NCBI GenBank assembly: GCA_001662655.1
Contig: KV460208.1
DNA: 64,000 bases
Source of the DNA: Pseudogymnoascus verrucosus
Taxonomy: Eukaryota
Strand: one strand, 5' to 3'
A program made the translations under genes and the position numbers. The notes beneath the pieces are model-generated. The model did no database searches, was not told the origin of the DNA, and saw only the letters and a list, made by a program, of their open reading frames with translations. The first letter of the stretch is position 1. The number at the start of each line of letters is the position of its first letter. Below, piece after piece: positions 37,586-50,484 of this stretch.

Positions 37586-40180
37586 TCACCAAGTAGAGAG
37601 GGACCTCTCCATCTCCTGCACCTGCTGCAGATTGATTCTTACCTTCTCTTTCCACTCATTTTTGTCTTTTTCGTAGAGAACTTTCTCCGCGCCCAATGCC
37701 AACCTTTCGATTTCTAAGGCCTTCTTTTTCGCTGCTGCTGCTTCCTTCTCACGAGATAGAGCGGCCAGATCTGCTCCTAACGACAGCTTCTCGCTTTCTA
37801 AGGCCTTCATTGCGGTTGCCACTTCTTGCTTGTTGTGAGACATAGCGACCTGCTCCGCCCTCAATACCGACTTTTTGTTTTCAAAGTCTTTTTGTGCCGC
37901 TGCCATGTTTTTCTGTTCACACAATATTGCTGCCCGCTCCTGAGCCAACGCTTCACTATTCGCCTTCATCGTCTTTTTACCTTCCCGGTGGAGGGTTAGG
38001 TCTTGTTTCAATGCCGATCTTTGGGAGTCAACTCTTTTCCTTTCGCTTGCTATTGCGGCGCGCTCCTGGTGCTGCGCTTCCTCCCTTGCTTTCAATTCCC
38101 CCTTTGCTTTCTGGTAGACCACCTCGTCCTCTCTCAACGCCCATTTTTGGACTTCAACTTCCCGCCTTTCAGTTACTACTGCGGCGCGTTCCTTGTGTTG
38201 CGTTTTCTCCCTTGCTTTCAACTCTTCTTTGGCCTTCTGGAAGAGCACCTCGTCATCTCTCAACGCCGATGTTTGGGTCTCGAGTTCTTGTCTCTCACTT
38301 CCTACCGTCGCCTGCCCCTTGCATAACACTTCCTCTCTTGCTTTCAACTCTTCTTTCGCCTTCTGGTAGAGCGCCTGGTTATGTCTCAACGCCGATGTTT
38401 GGGTCTCGAGTTCCTGTCTCTCACTTGCTACTGTCGCCTGCCCCTCACATAACGCTTCTTCCCTCGCCCTGCACTCCGCTTCCTTGGCGGCACACACCTT
38501 TTCACGGTCAGTTGCTGCATTCCCCTTCTGGGATATCCACGCCCGATGCGACATTAAGCTCTTTTCTTGAGCATCCAATCTTTGCTCTCTCTCCGTAAGA
38601 TTCTTCTCCCTTCTCATGTTTGCGGTTTCTCGCTTCGTCATCGCAGCCTTGTCTCTTGCATGGCTATCATCGCCATTATTAGCGTTGCGTTGACCCTCGA
38701 GGAGTAATTTTTGGTTTGCTTCAAAGGTTTCCAACTTCTTTCGAAGCCCAAGTTCTGCCTTTTCTATGCGAGACCGTCTCTCTGTGCATGACGTTTCCTT
38801 CGTCGCCAATACGCGCTGTCTCTCTGCGTAAGATGCTTCATTCGCTGCCAGTGTACCGTGTCGCTCTTCATAAGACGCTTCCTTCACCGCCAGCGTACCA
38901 TTTCTCGCTGCCCAAGACACCTCCTTCACCGTCGATGCGCTTTCTCTCTTTGCACAAGATGCCTCCTTCGCTGCCAATGCATTTTCTCTATCTGCACAAA
39001 ATGCTTCCTTCGCTGCCAATGCACTCTCCCTTTCATCGCACATTGCTTGCGCTTCTCTGAGCCTTGCTGAAACCATATCAACCGAGGCACGTTCATCGTC
39101 GAGGGCCAAGGTGTCTCGTGCAAAATTCTCTTCCGCCTGGCGGCACAGCTCCTCCCTTTTCTTGATATCCTTCTCCATCTGTTCTTCTTTGAGTTGGCGG
39201 GCTTGCCGGCGACACAGGGCTTCTGCCTTTTTGAGCTCGGCTTGTTGGGATTTCCGAGGCACGGTTATCGTAGACCCCTTTATTATCCGCGCCAGTTCGA
39301 GAATATATCCCAGTAGTTGTGCGGTCGCCTGGGGCCTGAAATTGCCGTGAACAACTTCCTGGATGCAGCGTTCGAACTCGGTATTCTTAGCCGCTGGCCA
39401 TAGGTCGTCAAGTCCGCGAACAAGTGGGATGTAGCTTGGAGGAGGTGTGTTATTTGAGCTGCTTCGCCCCTTCGAAAGCTCGAAAATCAACGAGCTGCAT
39501 TTTCGAGCAAGTTTTATGGTTATATCAGTGAAGTATCCCAGTGACAGCGTAAGCCCCTGAGTTTCCCAGTCCCCCTTAAGTTTATCCCATGATACGATCT
39601 TCGCTGACTTGGATACGAAAATCATCTGGTTCCATTCGGCATGGATATTTTTCCAGCTCGTCCTTGATCCGTCGCATATCTCCAGCCACTTCTTAAGTGT
39701 GAGCTTTGGCTTCTCCGGGCTTTTTGGAGATGAACCCGTGCGTTGAGGGCTTCGCAAGGGCGGCCCATTTGTATCGCTTCGTGGCCGCTTTCCATTGGCA
39801 TTTGGAGTTCGGTTGACCTGGCTGTCAAGATTCAAGTTCTTGCGTAAATGAGCGAGGGCATGCGATGTGCAAAGTGCCTGAGATCGCCCTTCCAATAAAT
39901 CGTGAAACGGGGCCGCTCCCGCACAGATATACTCATTGGAACGAACAGAGACTTCAGTCAGGGTCTCAATCCAAAATTCTGGGCTTTTTGTATCACCATC
40001 AATAGCAATCCAACTAGGAATGAAGGGGTCTTGGCCCAAAAGCAAGTTGTGTAGTGATGATAATGTAATGCACTTGCGTAGCAACGGGCCAACATCATAT
40101 TCCTCCGCTTCCCTGTAAATCGATCGAAGATGCACATTGCGCAATCTCGGATCAGATGACTCTACTTTCGATGGCTTCAT
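37586..40180 (-). CDS. Uncharacterised 864-aa single-exon protein: globular N-half plus a long repetitive coiled coil
   Basis: Uninterrupted ORF with 14-aa (CxERESALAAKEAS-like) and 39-aa (ERQELETQTSALR...KAKEELKAREE) tandem repeats. Confidence 0.8.
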   Translation of the reverse strand: MKPSKVESSDPRLRNVHLRSIYREAEEYDVGPLLRKCITLSSLHNLLLGQDPFIPSWIAIDGDTKSPEFWIETLTEVSVRSNEYICAGAAPFHDLLEGRSQALCTSHALAHLRKNLNLDSQVNRTPNANGKRPRSDTNGPPLRSPQRTGSSPKSPEKPKLTLKKWLEICDGSRTSWKNIHAEWNQMIFVSKSAKIVSWDKLKGDWETQGLTLSLGYFTDITIKLARKCSSLIFELSKGRSSSNNTPPPSYIPLVRGLDDLWPAAKNTEFERCIQEVVHGNFRPQATAQLLGYILELARIIKGSTITVPRKSQQAELKKAEALCRRQARQLKEEQMEKDIKKREELCRQAEENFARDTLALDDERASVDMVSARLREAQAMCDERESALAAKEAFCADRENALAAKEASCAKRESASTVKEVSWAARNGTLAVKEASYEERHGTLAANEASYAERQRVLATKETSCTERRSRIEKAELGLRKKLETFEANQKLLLEGQRNANNGDDSHARDKAAMTKRETANMRREKNLTEREQRLDAQEKSLMSHRAWISQKGNAATDREKVCAAKEAECRAREEALCEGQATVASERQELETQTSALRHNQALYQKAKEELKAREEVLCKGQATVGSERQELETQTSALRDDEVLFQKAKEELKAREKTQHKERAAVVTERREVEVQKWALREDEVVYQKAKGELKAREEAQHQERAAIASERKRVDSQRSALKQDLTLHREGKKTMKANSEALAQERAAILCEQKNMAAAQKDFENKKSVLRAEQVAMSHNKQEVATAMKALESEKLSLGADLAALSREKEAAAAKKKALEIERLALGAEKVLYEKDKNEWKEKVRINLQQVQEMERSLSTW

Positions 40181-40750
40181 TTTGATGTTAAATCAAACAC
40201 CAGAAAACCTAGCATATAAGCGGTGTTGGAGCTCAGGAAGGCTGCTTTTAATTACAGGGAAGGGAAACAAAGGAAGGGAATGAATACAGGAAAAGAATAC
40301 AAACACACTGGAGGGCCGCCATTTCCACAACGAAAAATATATGTTTGCTTGAATGCAAGGCTGAGAATAGGAGAAGCATTTACATTCCTGTCGAGGTTAC
40401 ACAGTCCCTGCTCATCACTATTTCACGTCGACCTGCAGCTTGGCTACCACACTGACGTCCCTTAACCCCTGACCTTGGCCAATCACCCACTTAGTCACTG
40501 AGACATATAGGGGTTTTAAGCACCCTGAAATGACAAAAACCGTAAATAAAATTGTGATATATGACAGCTATTTACTACATCCAAATATTCGGATACGGGA
40601 TCGATCCTATAGGCCAACTCGCAAAAGCAACCAAGAAATCCATCCATCCAACATTACCTCGTAAATCATCCAGTTGAAATTCCCTTTCTCACCGCGACTT
40701 TCACACCACGCGCCTTCCCAAGAACCAGACTCCATGCTGGTATATCTCAA

Positions 40751-43563
40751 TCAAGACAAACCGAAATTCCCATCCAAGCCATCAACATAAAACCCGTCCC
40801 CATTCAAGCCACCCTGCAGCAGAGACTGCTTATACTCGCCTAGCGCTCCTGGAACCCCAAAATCGAGATCATCCCCGCTGCTAAGGCTCTCCTCGCTAAG
40901 GCTAAGCACGCTCTGCGTTGCAGCCGACGCGTCGCAGTCCCCCATGCTAAGAGCCGTCATATCCCACGTATCGGGTGACAGGTCCCAGTCGCCATAGCCC
41001 GACGACGAGAGACTACCCGTGTGCTGGCCTCCTGGATTTGGAGCACCGGAGACGGCTACTGGCATTCCCGGCACGGAGCCACCATACACCGCATCGAAAA
41101 TGTTGCTGCTTCCGCTATCGAGCGAGCCGAGGAGGGCCTCCCACTCCGACGGCGCCAGGTTTGGCGTCTTGTACTGCTGCGGCTGGATCTCATTATTACG
41201 CTGCTGGACTACGCTACGAGATCTCCGTAGTCCATCAGAGGATGGCGCTGAATTAAGCGCAAGGTAATTAAGATTAGGCCCTGCTTCTGAGTTGGAGCTT
41301 GAGCGTGGCTTAGTGCTAGTTGAAATGAGCGATGGCGTAGGAGGCGGCTGCGACTGACGAGGTGCAGAGCTGTGGTAGCTTTTACTACGGGATGTCGCGT
41401 CCGGCTTCTTGTGGCGCGATCCCGATTGATTACCGAGTCCGAGCATGGGTATGCTGTTCAAGGTTGCACGGCGCATGCGCTCCTGTTGTTGGAGGAGTTC
41501 CGTGTCGATGCTAGACGGGTTGGTGTACCTTGATGTTACGGGCAAGTGGACTTGTCGTCCAGCTTGCGAATGTGTTTGTGCTGTGGCATGATTCTGGCCT
41601 CCGTAGTCAAATGTCTTGGATGTCTCAGTGGGCGCAAGGGAGCTGACAAGTTTACGGAAGTCAGCTGCGCCTGGTGCTTTGAACGCATCGAGGTAGTTTT
41701 CAACTGCGCCAATGAGACGTTGACCGTCTTTCAGCAGTTTCCCCTCTCTCTTGAGATCCAACCCTTGGTAGAGCAGGCTCAAGCCGCACAGTGTGAGCAT
41801 CTCATTCTTATTGACACAGAAGGAGAACGACATGCTTCTCTCCTCGAGCAACTGGATAATCTGGATGGCGTGTTTACTAGAATCCGCAACAGAAATAAGA
41901 GATGGGGACGCTTTATCGCCAAGAGTCGATCCAACAGCAGGACGATGTATCAACCCTCGAATGTGGTAATAGGCAAGTGACTATTATGGTTAGAACCCCG
42001 AAATTCCAGAGGTTTCACAAGACTTACCAGAAGAGCAGAACGATTCCCGGTCACGTCAGTAGACGGTTTATCTTGCACAAAGGTAAGCTTGAGGTTTGGT
42101 GGTAGCTGTTCGGACCATTCGGTCAATTCGTTCTCTAACGCAGTCATGGTATTCAACGAGAGATCCTTGGACGTGTTCGCAGGATATAAGCTCTGCAAAA
42201 CCTTCGAGAGAATCCGTGAAGCGCAGAAAAGGGCCAGGGCGCTTGAAATCTTCGAGGACTCTCCAGGCAACGTAGGAAGATATCCCCGTTCCTCGACATA
42301 CTCATCGTCGATGGGTAGTGGATATTCTGTCTCGATATCGGAATCTTGCAACAACTGGGGAAGACCCATAGATGCAGCCGAAAAACTATAATAATCAGTA
42401 GAAGTTACAGTCATGTTGGACATGACACTTACCAGTCAACTGTATACAGAGACCAGAACACTTTCTTCCTCGTCTCAATTGTTAGAGCGCCGTACGAGAA
42501 GCGCTTTTGGCTCTGATGCAGTCCCAATCTCTGTGCGAGCGCAACAGCTATGGCCTTGTACGTTTGCAATGACTTGTATTGCCCGGTTTGAGAACAATAC
42601 AGACAGGCAAGGACAAGGCATTGTAGAGTACCAAGTGTACTATCCATGAGAAGAGCATTGAGAGACCTTCGCCACTGCTCCTCGCAACGAGCGATGTGAT
42701 CCTTGTCGGGTAGGTCGCTTGAGAATCCAGCGATACTGAAGACGAGGTGGAGCTCAGCCAACTTCTGGTCATCAACCATTTGTTCGGGATCCGCAATGTA
42801 TTCTTCATACAACCGTAGAAATGTTGGTTTGTGAAGGACGGGGAAGAGCGGCGCATGTTCCTGCCAGAATATGTTGATGCATCGATCGGAAAACATACGT
42901 GGAGGGATGTTAGGGCCGTTAGGTGAACTCCTCCGAGGCACGAAGTCTTCTCGTGGCGCGAGGAATGTCCCTAGATTGTATCCCGAGCATGATTTCCCAC
43001 TGTCACGAAGTTTGCGCTTGAATGCATCTGTAGGTTACGGTTAGCGATAACATACATCGGTAGCCGGTGTCGCGCTTACCAACAAACGTCCTCCCGGTCG
43101 AGGGTCCCATAAATGTCGAGTCTGACACGTCCGACTCGAGCTGCAACGGCACTGCTTGCACCCGGAAGGTATCGTCTTTGTTTTGCGGCGAGTCTGCGGG
43201 TTTTTCGACGACAACAGGCGATGAACTCAACGGTGAATTCGATATCCTTCGATTATTGTGCATCCGCGACAGCATATCGATTTTTTCATCCTTCTCATCC
43301 AATAAGTCCTTCAACTCCCTCGTCTCTCCTTCCAACACTCTAACCCGCTCCTCCAGCGACTCGGTATATCCTCGTGGGAAGGCTCGTCGGCTAAGCTTAT
43401 CGCTCGTCTTGCACTCGAATCCGACGTTTGCGCATTGCGAGCAGCACGGCCGAATCCCATCGCATCGTATCTTCTTGCTCCGGCAGCGATCGCAGGCCTG
43501 CGCTATCCGGCTCTGCGCGGTCGTCCCGACCTTGATCACTTTCATAGGCAGAATTCCAGGCAT
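40751..43563 (-). CDS. facB: Zn(II)2Cys6 transcription activator of acetate utilisation (FacB/Acu-15/Cat8 family), 4 exons
   Basis: [71 protein letters not shown], plus the fungal TF middle region ([19 protein letters not shown]). Confidence 0.9.
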
Positions 43564-45157
43564 ATTGGCGACGGTCGTTGGGACCACGGCTGGTGCGGGT
43601 TTTGCGCGTTCACGCCGATAAGGGTCCTCATTCAGCGCTAGCACTTGTCCCTGCGTCGAATATCGCTACGAACAGTGAGTGAGTAGTGACAGTGCTCAGT
43701 CGGCGCAATAAGTAGAGGTATGCGAAGACATTCACAGCATTCGAAGAGTGTTGAGATTGGCAGTAAGAGATGGCAAAGCGTGTGTGTATTGAGGTTCTGT
43801 GGCTGGGTAATACGCGGATAAAATCAAGGCTGGGACGGGTGGTAGGTGGTGGGATGGATGCTGACTGTTGTGTGGGAGAGTGCGAGTGTTTGAGTGAGGG
43901 ATAGAGGTGTGCCGATGCAGGCGCCAGGGAGAAAGCGCTATGTTAACGTTACTGTGGTCCTCTATCCCACTTTGTCCCACTCGTGCTCATGACACGGCTC
44001 AGTAAACGGTTAGCGTCCCGAAACCAGCGGGGTTTTCGGGTAAGGTGGAGAATTCTCCCCACGATTTGTTGGGGATGTGGAGGAGTTTGTGGAGGCTGTG
44101 GGTTGATTGGGAATGTCTTCTTCAGTATTGGATCGTAATGCTCCAAACTCTTTTCCTCCGAAATTATATATGATCAAGGTTTAAAGTCCTAGCAGACGCG
44201 GCTCCAGTATGACAAGGCGGGGAAAAAGGTCAAAGAGTCGTCTCCTTTTCTCTCTATGCCTGCGACTCCCTGCTGCCAGCGGGCTATATGCCACCGATAG
44301 AATACCATCAGAAACGAAACACGATACGTACGGCTCAGTGAAACCTTTTAGTAAAACATAATCGGAATGCCAAACGAGGAATTTGAACGTCACCGATATT
44401 GCGCCACGACAAGGCAATCTATCAAGCTGTGGATTTCGTGGTCACAGATGCACCCCAACATCGTCATGTGCTGGCCAGGATAGAAAGTCTCTGACGCCCC
44501 TCTCCACCATCAATATAGCACAACACGGGGAGCACAGCAGAGACGCTTAAGCCTAAATTTACGATCTTCTCTTCAGAGCGACTATCAGAATCAAATCGTC
44601 CATTCAACTTGCCAGAGACCTCGAAGATCATCTCGCCTTTTAGGGCTATTCAACGCCGACGAGATCCGTTCGCCAGGCTCTTTCGGTAGGATTTCCAGAA
44701 AGCCTGTCATGTTCTGTCGCAATGAGCCCTTCGTCCGGCTCTTATGCGTTGGACCAATGACGCGTCCTCATTTCCATCAGCCTAAAAAAAACGTGGTCAT
44801 GTTGATCGATCCTTGATCCACCAATCGGAAAGTACATGCCCAAACCGCATGACACGAAGTGCAACTCCTGCGCCTGTAGAGTCGTATTACTATTAACCTC
44901 GCCTCGAATACAGGAGAAGTAGTTTGGGCCCCCTGTTTAACTGACATGAAAGCTTGTTAATGGTGTCCCACTTCGGCCCGCTAAATGCGTGTTTGGCTCT
45001 CCCCGCAAAGTTCCCCACCACCAACTGCCATATGAAGCGGATGCCGATGCCAGTGAGAATTATTGATTCGCTGTCATGGCCAAGCTTAATCCGGGACTCA
45101 CGCGTAGCCCACGTATAATGCTATGGGATGAACTGCATATGACTAACTGCCAAGGGC

Positions 45158-46802
45158 TCAGCTAAAATCTTCGCTCTCGTCGTTATCTCCGGCCCCTGGT
45201 GCGTCCTGTGCCTCTGAACTGCCTAAATATCCACGCACTATAGGACTTGACGATAGTGTGTTGATCTAAATGCATGTTAATGAAATGTTGAGTGGTGTTT
45301 AGTGAGAAAGCCCAACAAACATACCTCTGCCTCTAATAATTCCAAGCTCTTGCTGAGAAGTCCTGCCTCGATCACGCGGAGCTTTGATGCAGCTTCCGGA
45401 ATCCCTTTGTCACCCGCTGATAAGCTCTCCTGGTTGGGATCGAGCTCATTCGCCGTATGTTCGCTCTCACTCAGTCGTTCCAACTGCTCATCCACTATAT
45501 ATCTCAAGAGGACCTTTGCTCGTAAGAGAAACACATCGGCGAGAGGATCAGCAGTAACAATGTCCTTGAAGCTGCCAATGGAATCGGTAATATCCCTAGA
45601 CTTCCAAAATGCCCGCATCTGTCCATATGTACCATCAGTCTCCAGCAATACCTTAAAATCCAACCCATCATCTTCGTTGACACACATAAGATAGATGAAT
45701 GGGCACGTCAGCTCCAGAGAGTCATCGGTCGCCGAGATATGAAGCGTAGGGAGCTTGCCATGAATCTTAACCTTAGCTTTGCCAAAGGGATCATCCGGAG
45801 AAGGTGAAATATGAAGAACAAGGCTATGCACAGAAGACAAGTCGTCTATAAACCCATAGCTAAACAGCATCTCGGCAGCACTCTTGGCAGAGCCGTAGTC
45901 AATAGTTAATTCGTCCCCTTTTTCAATGTGCTGTCCGGGCTTGACTTGCAAGAGCACTTCGTCATCAATCCCTTGCTGGTAGTGCGAATTTGCGTTTGCT
46001 GAATGATTTGCCATGTCTAGAAATGGCACCATAGCCTCCCCAGAAAGAGGTAACTCTAGAGAGCGTGATCGATACCAGGAATCAATCAGAATCCAATCTT
46101 TGAATTCAAGATGCTCCTTCTCCCACCAAGCGTTGTGGCACCAGGGGATCTCTGTCGTATTTTCTCGGAGGGTCTCAAATTCCCGTACTAATGCTGAAAC
46201 TTTTGCTGCAACAGCTTTCTAGAAGGCGAGAGCGTAAGCATCTCAAGACAACATTTATGGACAAGGTTGTTCCAATGGCTTTCGAAAGGCTTACCTCTAG
46301 AGACGTTCCGTTAAGGAGGTTTATTTGGTCATCATGCCATGCTGTCGGCAGAGAAATGTATTCCGGCAGCATTTTGACATACTCAGTCCACGGACCCGAA
46401 ACACTGAATTTAATACTTGGATCTGATGAAGCTCTTGTAACTTGCATCAACAAGAATAGCATTACATCTCCACGTAAGGTCTGAGTTGCCGTTAGCTATA
46501 CGTTTCACGTGATCGACAACGCGCACACCTACACTTCCACCAACAGCTTCCAGAATCTGTCCGAAATGCTTATCAACCTTTGCGTGCTCTGCAATGGTCT
46601 CGGCGCTCAGTATAAGATCTTTGGGGACATTCAACACGGTTAGGTTGCCCTCTTGGTCCGGGGCTGAATCGATTGTGGTGGTCGAGACGATGCCGTAGCC
46701 TCCATATTCTTTATTTTTCTCAACAGATATATCTTCAAATTCTATACCATTAAATTTCGCCCAAGTACGCAGACTTGATACTGGCAGAGCTGGTGGCCGC
46801 AT
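45158..46802 (-). CDS. SET-domain protein lysine methyltransferase (Rubisco-LSMT/Rkm-like), 4 exons
   Basis: WAKFNGI..GYGIV..VPKDLILS, WTEYVKMLP, MVPFLDMANHS, GDELTIDYG..EMLFSYGF. Confidence 0.88.
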
Positions 46803-47080
46803 TTTTGCTAATATCAAAATTGGTGCTCTCTTGTGAACAGGCGGGCAAAGATTGCTGTACTGGGAGCTGTCAGAAGCTCTCTGTACATGTAGTTCGGCGT
46901 CGGCTAGAGCTCTTGGAGAAACGTTGTCCCAGCTCCATACTTACACGCATGTAACGCACCAACTCATACTGTATGACGACACCAAACCACAATAGTGCAA
47001 ATTAGTATATCAATAGTAGCTCTATAATAACATAAAATAACGAGTAAATTTACGAGATACTCTTTAGATGCAACTCTACA

Positions 47081-47422
47081 ATGCAGCATAATTTTCGATT
47101 TCTAGCCACAGCGCTCTTATGTCGACGTCCGGGCACCACCGTAATCACACGAGGCTTAAGCAACACGCCACTATGGAAACGAGAGATTAAAACCCATGGA
47201 ATAGGATCCACAGGCAAAGACCATATCACCAGAACGAAGGATAAAAATGGTGTATACGTTGAGGCTTCAAAAGCAGGCATAGCAGCGAGGGAGTCGGGCG
47301 ATCCAGACACTGCGACTAGCGAACGAGACAATCACCATTCCAACGAGAAGGCCAAGGCCGAATATCCCAAGGCGCCTGATCCAGTGGTGGGAATGAACGA
47401 TGAAAGGGGACATGAGAGATAG
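47081..47422 (+). CDS. Small hypothetical protein with a mitochondrial-presequence-like N-terminus
   Basis: 113-aa ORF with an R-rich, acid-poor N-terminus and C-terminal KAEYPKAPDPVVGMNDERG, which resembles a fungal conserved-hypothetical motif (from memory). Confidence 0.6.
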   Translation: MQHNFRFLATALLCRRPGTTVITRGLSNTPLWKREIKTHGIGSTGKDHITRTKDKNGVYVEASKAGIAARESGDPDTATSERDNHHSNEKAKAEYPKAPDPVVGMNDERGHER

Positions 47423-47601
47423 ATCTGCGAGAATTGTCTGGCGCAACACTATACAAATTTCTAGGTCCGTGAGAACGCCAATTTAAAGTCTACCATTCCA
47501 TGGCAGGTGAACGCCAGTTACCCAGGTGTACCAGGTCAAACGCCTTTCTATATGCTGCAGTGCCCCGAAAACGCCACATCCCCAAAACCGTATACTTGCA
47601 C

Positions 47602-49009
47602 CTATTCTCGGCCAAACTTGAATGATAGCACCTGACTCATGGTTAGCTGTTTGGGTACCTTCCTGGTAATAGTGAGAACTTACATCATGCTTCCCTACAG
47701 AGACGGTATCATCCGGTGATACTCTGATGCCACCCGCGCCTTCTACATAAGCCAAGGGAGCGTCTCCCATGACCTTGCGAGCAACCTCTGCGACTGTAGT
47801 ATTCTTCTTGACAAGAACACAGTCCCTAAATACAGCATTTGACCCTGCCTGGCCCGATGAAAATGTCGAGACATTCCGCACGGGGAATACTGGAACTAGT
47901 CCAAGCAGCTCCGCGGCTTTTGATAACACCTGGACGACTCCCGTGGAGCCAAACCGGTACAGTACCAAATCTTTTAGGTTCTCAATCCTCGACGTTAGCT
48001 TCTCATCCATTTCTTTTAGTCCTCCGCCCTCAGGGTCACCATCCGCGATAAGATCCGCTCTCGTATCTACAAACTCGCTTCCTTCTGTATACTTGATAAA
48101 GCCCTGCTTCGCAAGCTTCCTTAAGAACACCTCGGAGATGGCCGAGCACAGTACAATCGAATTCGGGTCCTGCATCTTTGCAATTTTGGCGATATTCTTG
48201 TCCGAGTCCGCGTGGTCGATTTTATTCAGTGCAATAATGGTTGGGAACTTCTCGTCCACGAAGGCATTAACGACTTTCGCTACTGTCTCATCTGACCAGT
48301 GTTCCAGCGGCTCCTTAAGGCCCATGCGGTCCAAGGTGCGTGCTACTACTTGAGCATTAGATCCGTACCCCGAAAACTGCCCCTGCAAAGTTTCGACAGC
48401 TGTGGCCTTTACTGCGATGTGTCGGCGCTTGATAGAGCCCCATTTCACCATCAAGTTGCCCAAAACCCATTGTACAATTTCCGAGCGTAGCCAGGCGATA
48501 TCTTGGGACGGGTCATAGCCTCGTGTTGCCTTCCCCTCCTCGTCGGTCGTTCCGCTAACGTCAACGACATGTATCAATGCGTCCGCAAGTCGAAGGTTGT
48601 CCAAGAACTTGTTTCCCAGTCCCTTCCCTTCATGGGCACCTGGCACCAGCCCAGCAACATCAAGCAGCTCTATCGGCACCGACCGTCGTCCATCCTTGCA
48701 AGATCCATAATTCGGCTTGCACCTGTCTTCGACAGAGTACCTGGCGCAAGCGCAGTCTATTTGTAGGTATCCTGTTGCTCGATTTGGGTCGATGGTAGTG
48801 AATCTATTCGTATAAAGTCAGTCAAGCCACATAGTCTTGTTATAGTTATCCTTACGGAAAGTTGCCTGTGAGGAATCAGTACGAGCCTTCTCGCGCCGGC
48901 GTTGAATTTACCAACCAACTTTTGAAGTAGCGTCAGTCAGACTATTCAGAGTAGTAGACTTCCCGCTGCTGGGCTTGCCCACTAGACCGATGAGAGGATC
49001 TCGTGGCAT
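47602..49009 (-). CDS. Obg-family P-loop GTPase (YGR210C-like), 4 exons including a 10-nt microexon
   Basis: [13 protein letters not shown] (G1), GNFPFTTIDPN (G2), [22 protein letters not shown] (G3), ALNKID (G4). Confidence 0.92.
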
Positions 49010-49283
49010 CCTGCTATGTATTTGCTTAACGATCAACGTTGCGCCAGAAGGTTCCTCTATAAAACCAAATTTGGAGCTAGCGATGCGGAACGTGGGGTAG
49101 CGCCACGATTCTTATCAGCCTTATCATAGACTAAAGTCTGTAGTCAAGGCTGCCACAATACCGAGGCACCAACATTCAGAGACACCACGTACTCGTGACA
49201 GCTCCAGCCTCTCGCTCTACAGCTCAACTTTGCTTTTTGATTTAACAAGAGAGCTTCATTGTTCCAGTCGATGAAGCTTTAGG

Positions 49284-50102
49284 ATGGTTCAAATCAGACT
49301 TGTTAGCGTTTTCGCGGCCACGGTGCTAGCTTGGGTTACAAGTGCCCATATAACGCTAGAGGACATAGATTCATTGAGATCCATCACCAGAGACTGCAAT
49401 GAGAAGATACGATCTTTGAAGTCATCTCATAATGGGAATCCTGCCCAAGCAGTAATCTTAGACAACGAGAGTTCAAAAGACGAGATCGAAGACGTAAGTT
49501 TTTTTATACGGTTGTCCTCACTATTAGGCACCTTTGGCTCATTGGAACTAGGTTGTGGCTGGCTCCTTGACGTATTTAGACGGAGAATTACTCAGCCTAT
49601 TGAATATTCCCGTGAAAGATATAGCAATCGAGAATCCTAATTGTCCTGAGGTCGTCAAGCACTGCCATGTCTTTCTTCAGGCAACCACGAGACTCTTGCA
49701 AGCTATAGATGAGAAGCAACAAGAATTCGGATGGGACACGGAAAGTAGCATTTATAATGCCCTCGGCTGGATGCAGTCCCTCTGGGCTTCCAGATCTGCA
49801 GTAAGTTCGGAATTTATTGTCATCCTTTATGTTTCTGTCGTGCTCGAGAGGGTGGTGGCACCGCGTCTTTCGGCGCCGAAGCCTACATCCCGAACATGAT
49901 AGAGCTCACGGCACCAGTCTTATCTGCTTGAATATTTGATGGCTGACTGGAATTTTGTGTCTAGAACGAACAGCACTTGAGCTTTATTGAACAGCAAATG
50001 CGTCTGTACAAATCCTCAAGTTGCTTCAACAATGTCAACGATGTACTCAGACAAGATGTCGAGATCGTGGAGTACTTGAATGACTTGATGGATACGTTCT
50101 GA
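49284..50102 (+). CDS. Predicted secreted helical protein, unknown function; exons about 49284-49493, 49552-49800, 49965-50102
   Basis: Signal peptide MVQIRLVSVFAATVLAWVTSA. Two GTAAGT..TAG introns give a continuous frame. Confidence 0.6.
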
Positions 50103-50484
50103 TAAATTCCAGACGAGTGAGAGTGGATTATGGAATATTAATCTCTGAAAATGGCCTTCGGATTCGTCTTCAGATTCGTCTTTTCTGCATAGCTAGTCGT
50201 TATTTTAAGCTCCTTGATTTGGAGAAGGAGCGACACAGTCAACCACAAGTGGTTCGGATACCCAACGTCTGTTCAAGCATGCCGTTCGTGTCTTACGAAT
50301 ACTAACAATTATTTTAATGCAATATTATATCTCAGACATCCTATAGCAATTCCTCTAAATAACTATTATTATTATTGTCTCGGGGCTTCATATCACTACT
50401 GGCCCAGAACTAAACGAGAACATCGCGACAGTACTACAGCCTTGTCCATGATTGCGATTAAGTGTCGCTCTTATCTGGCACAAG

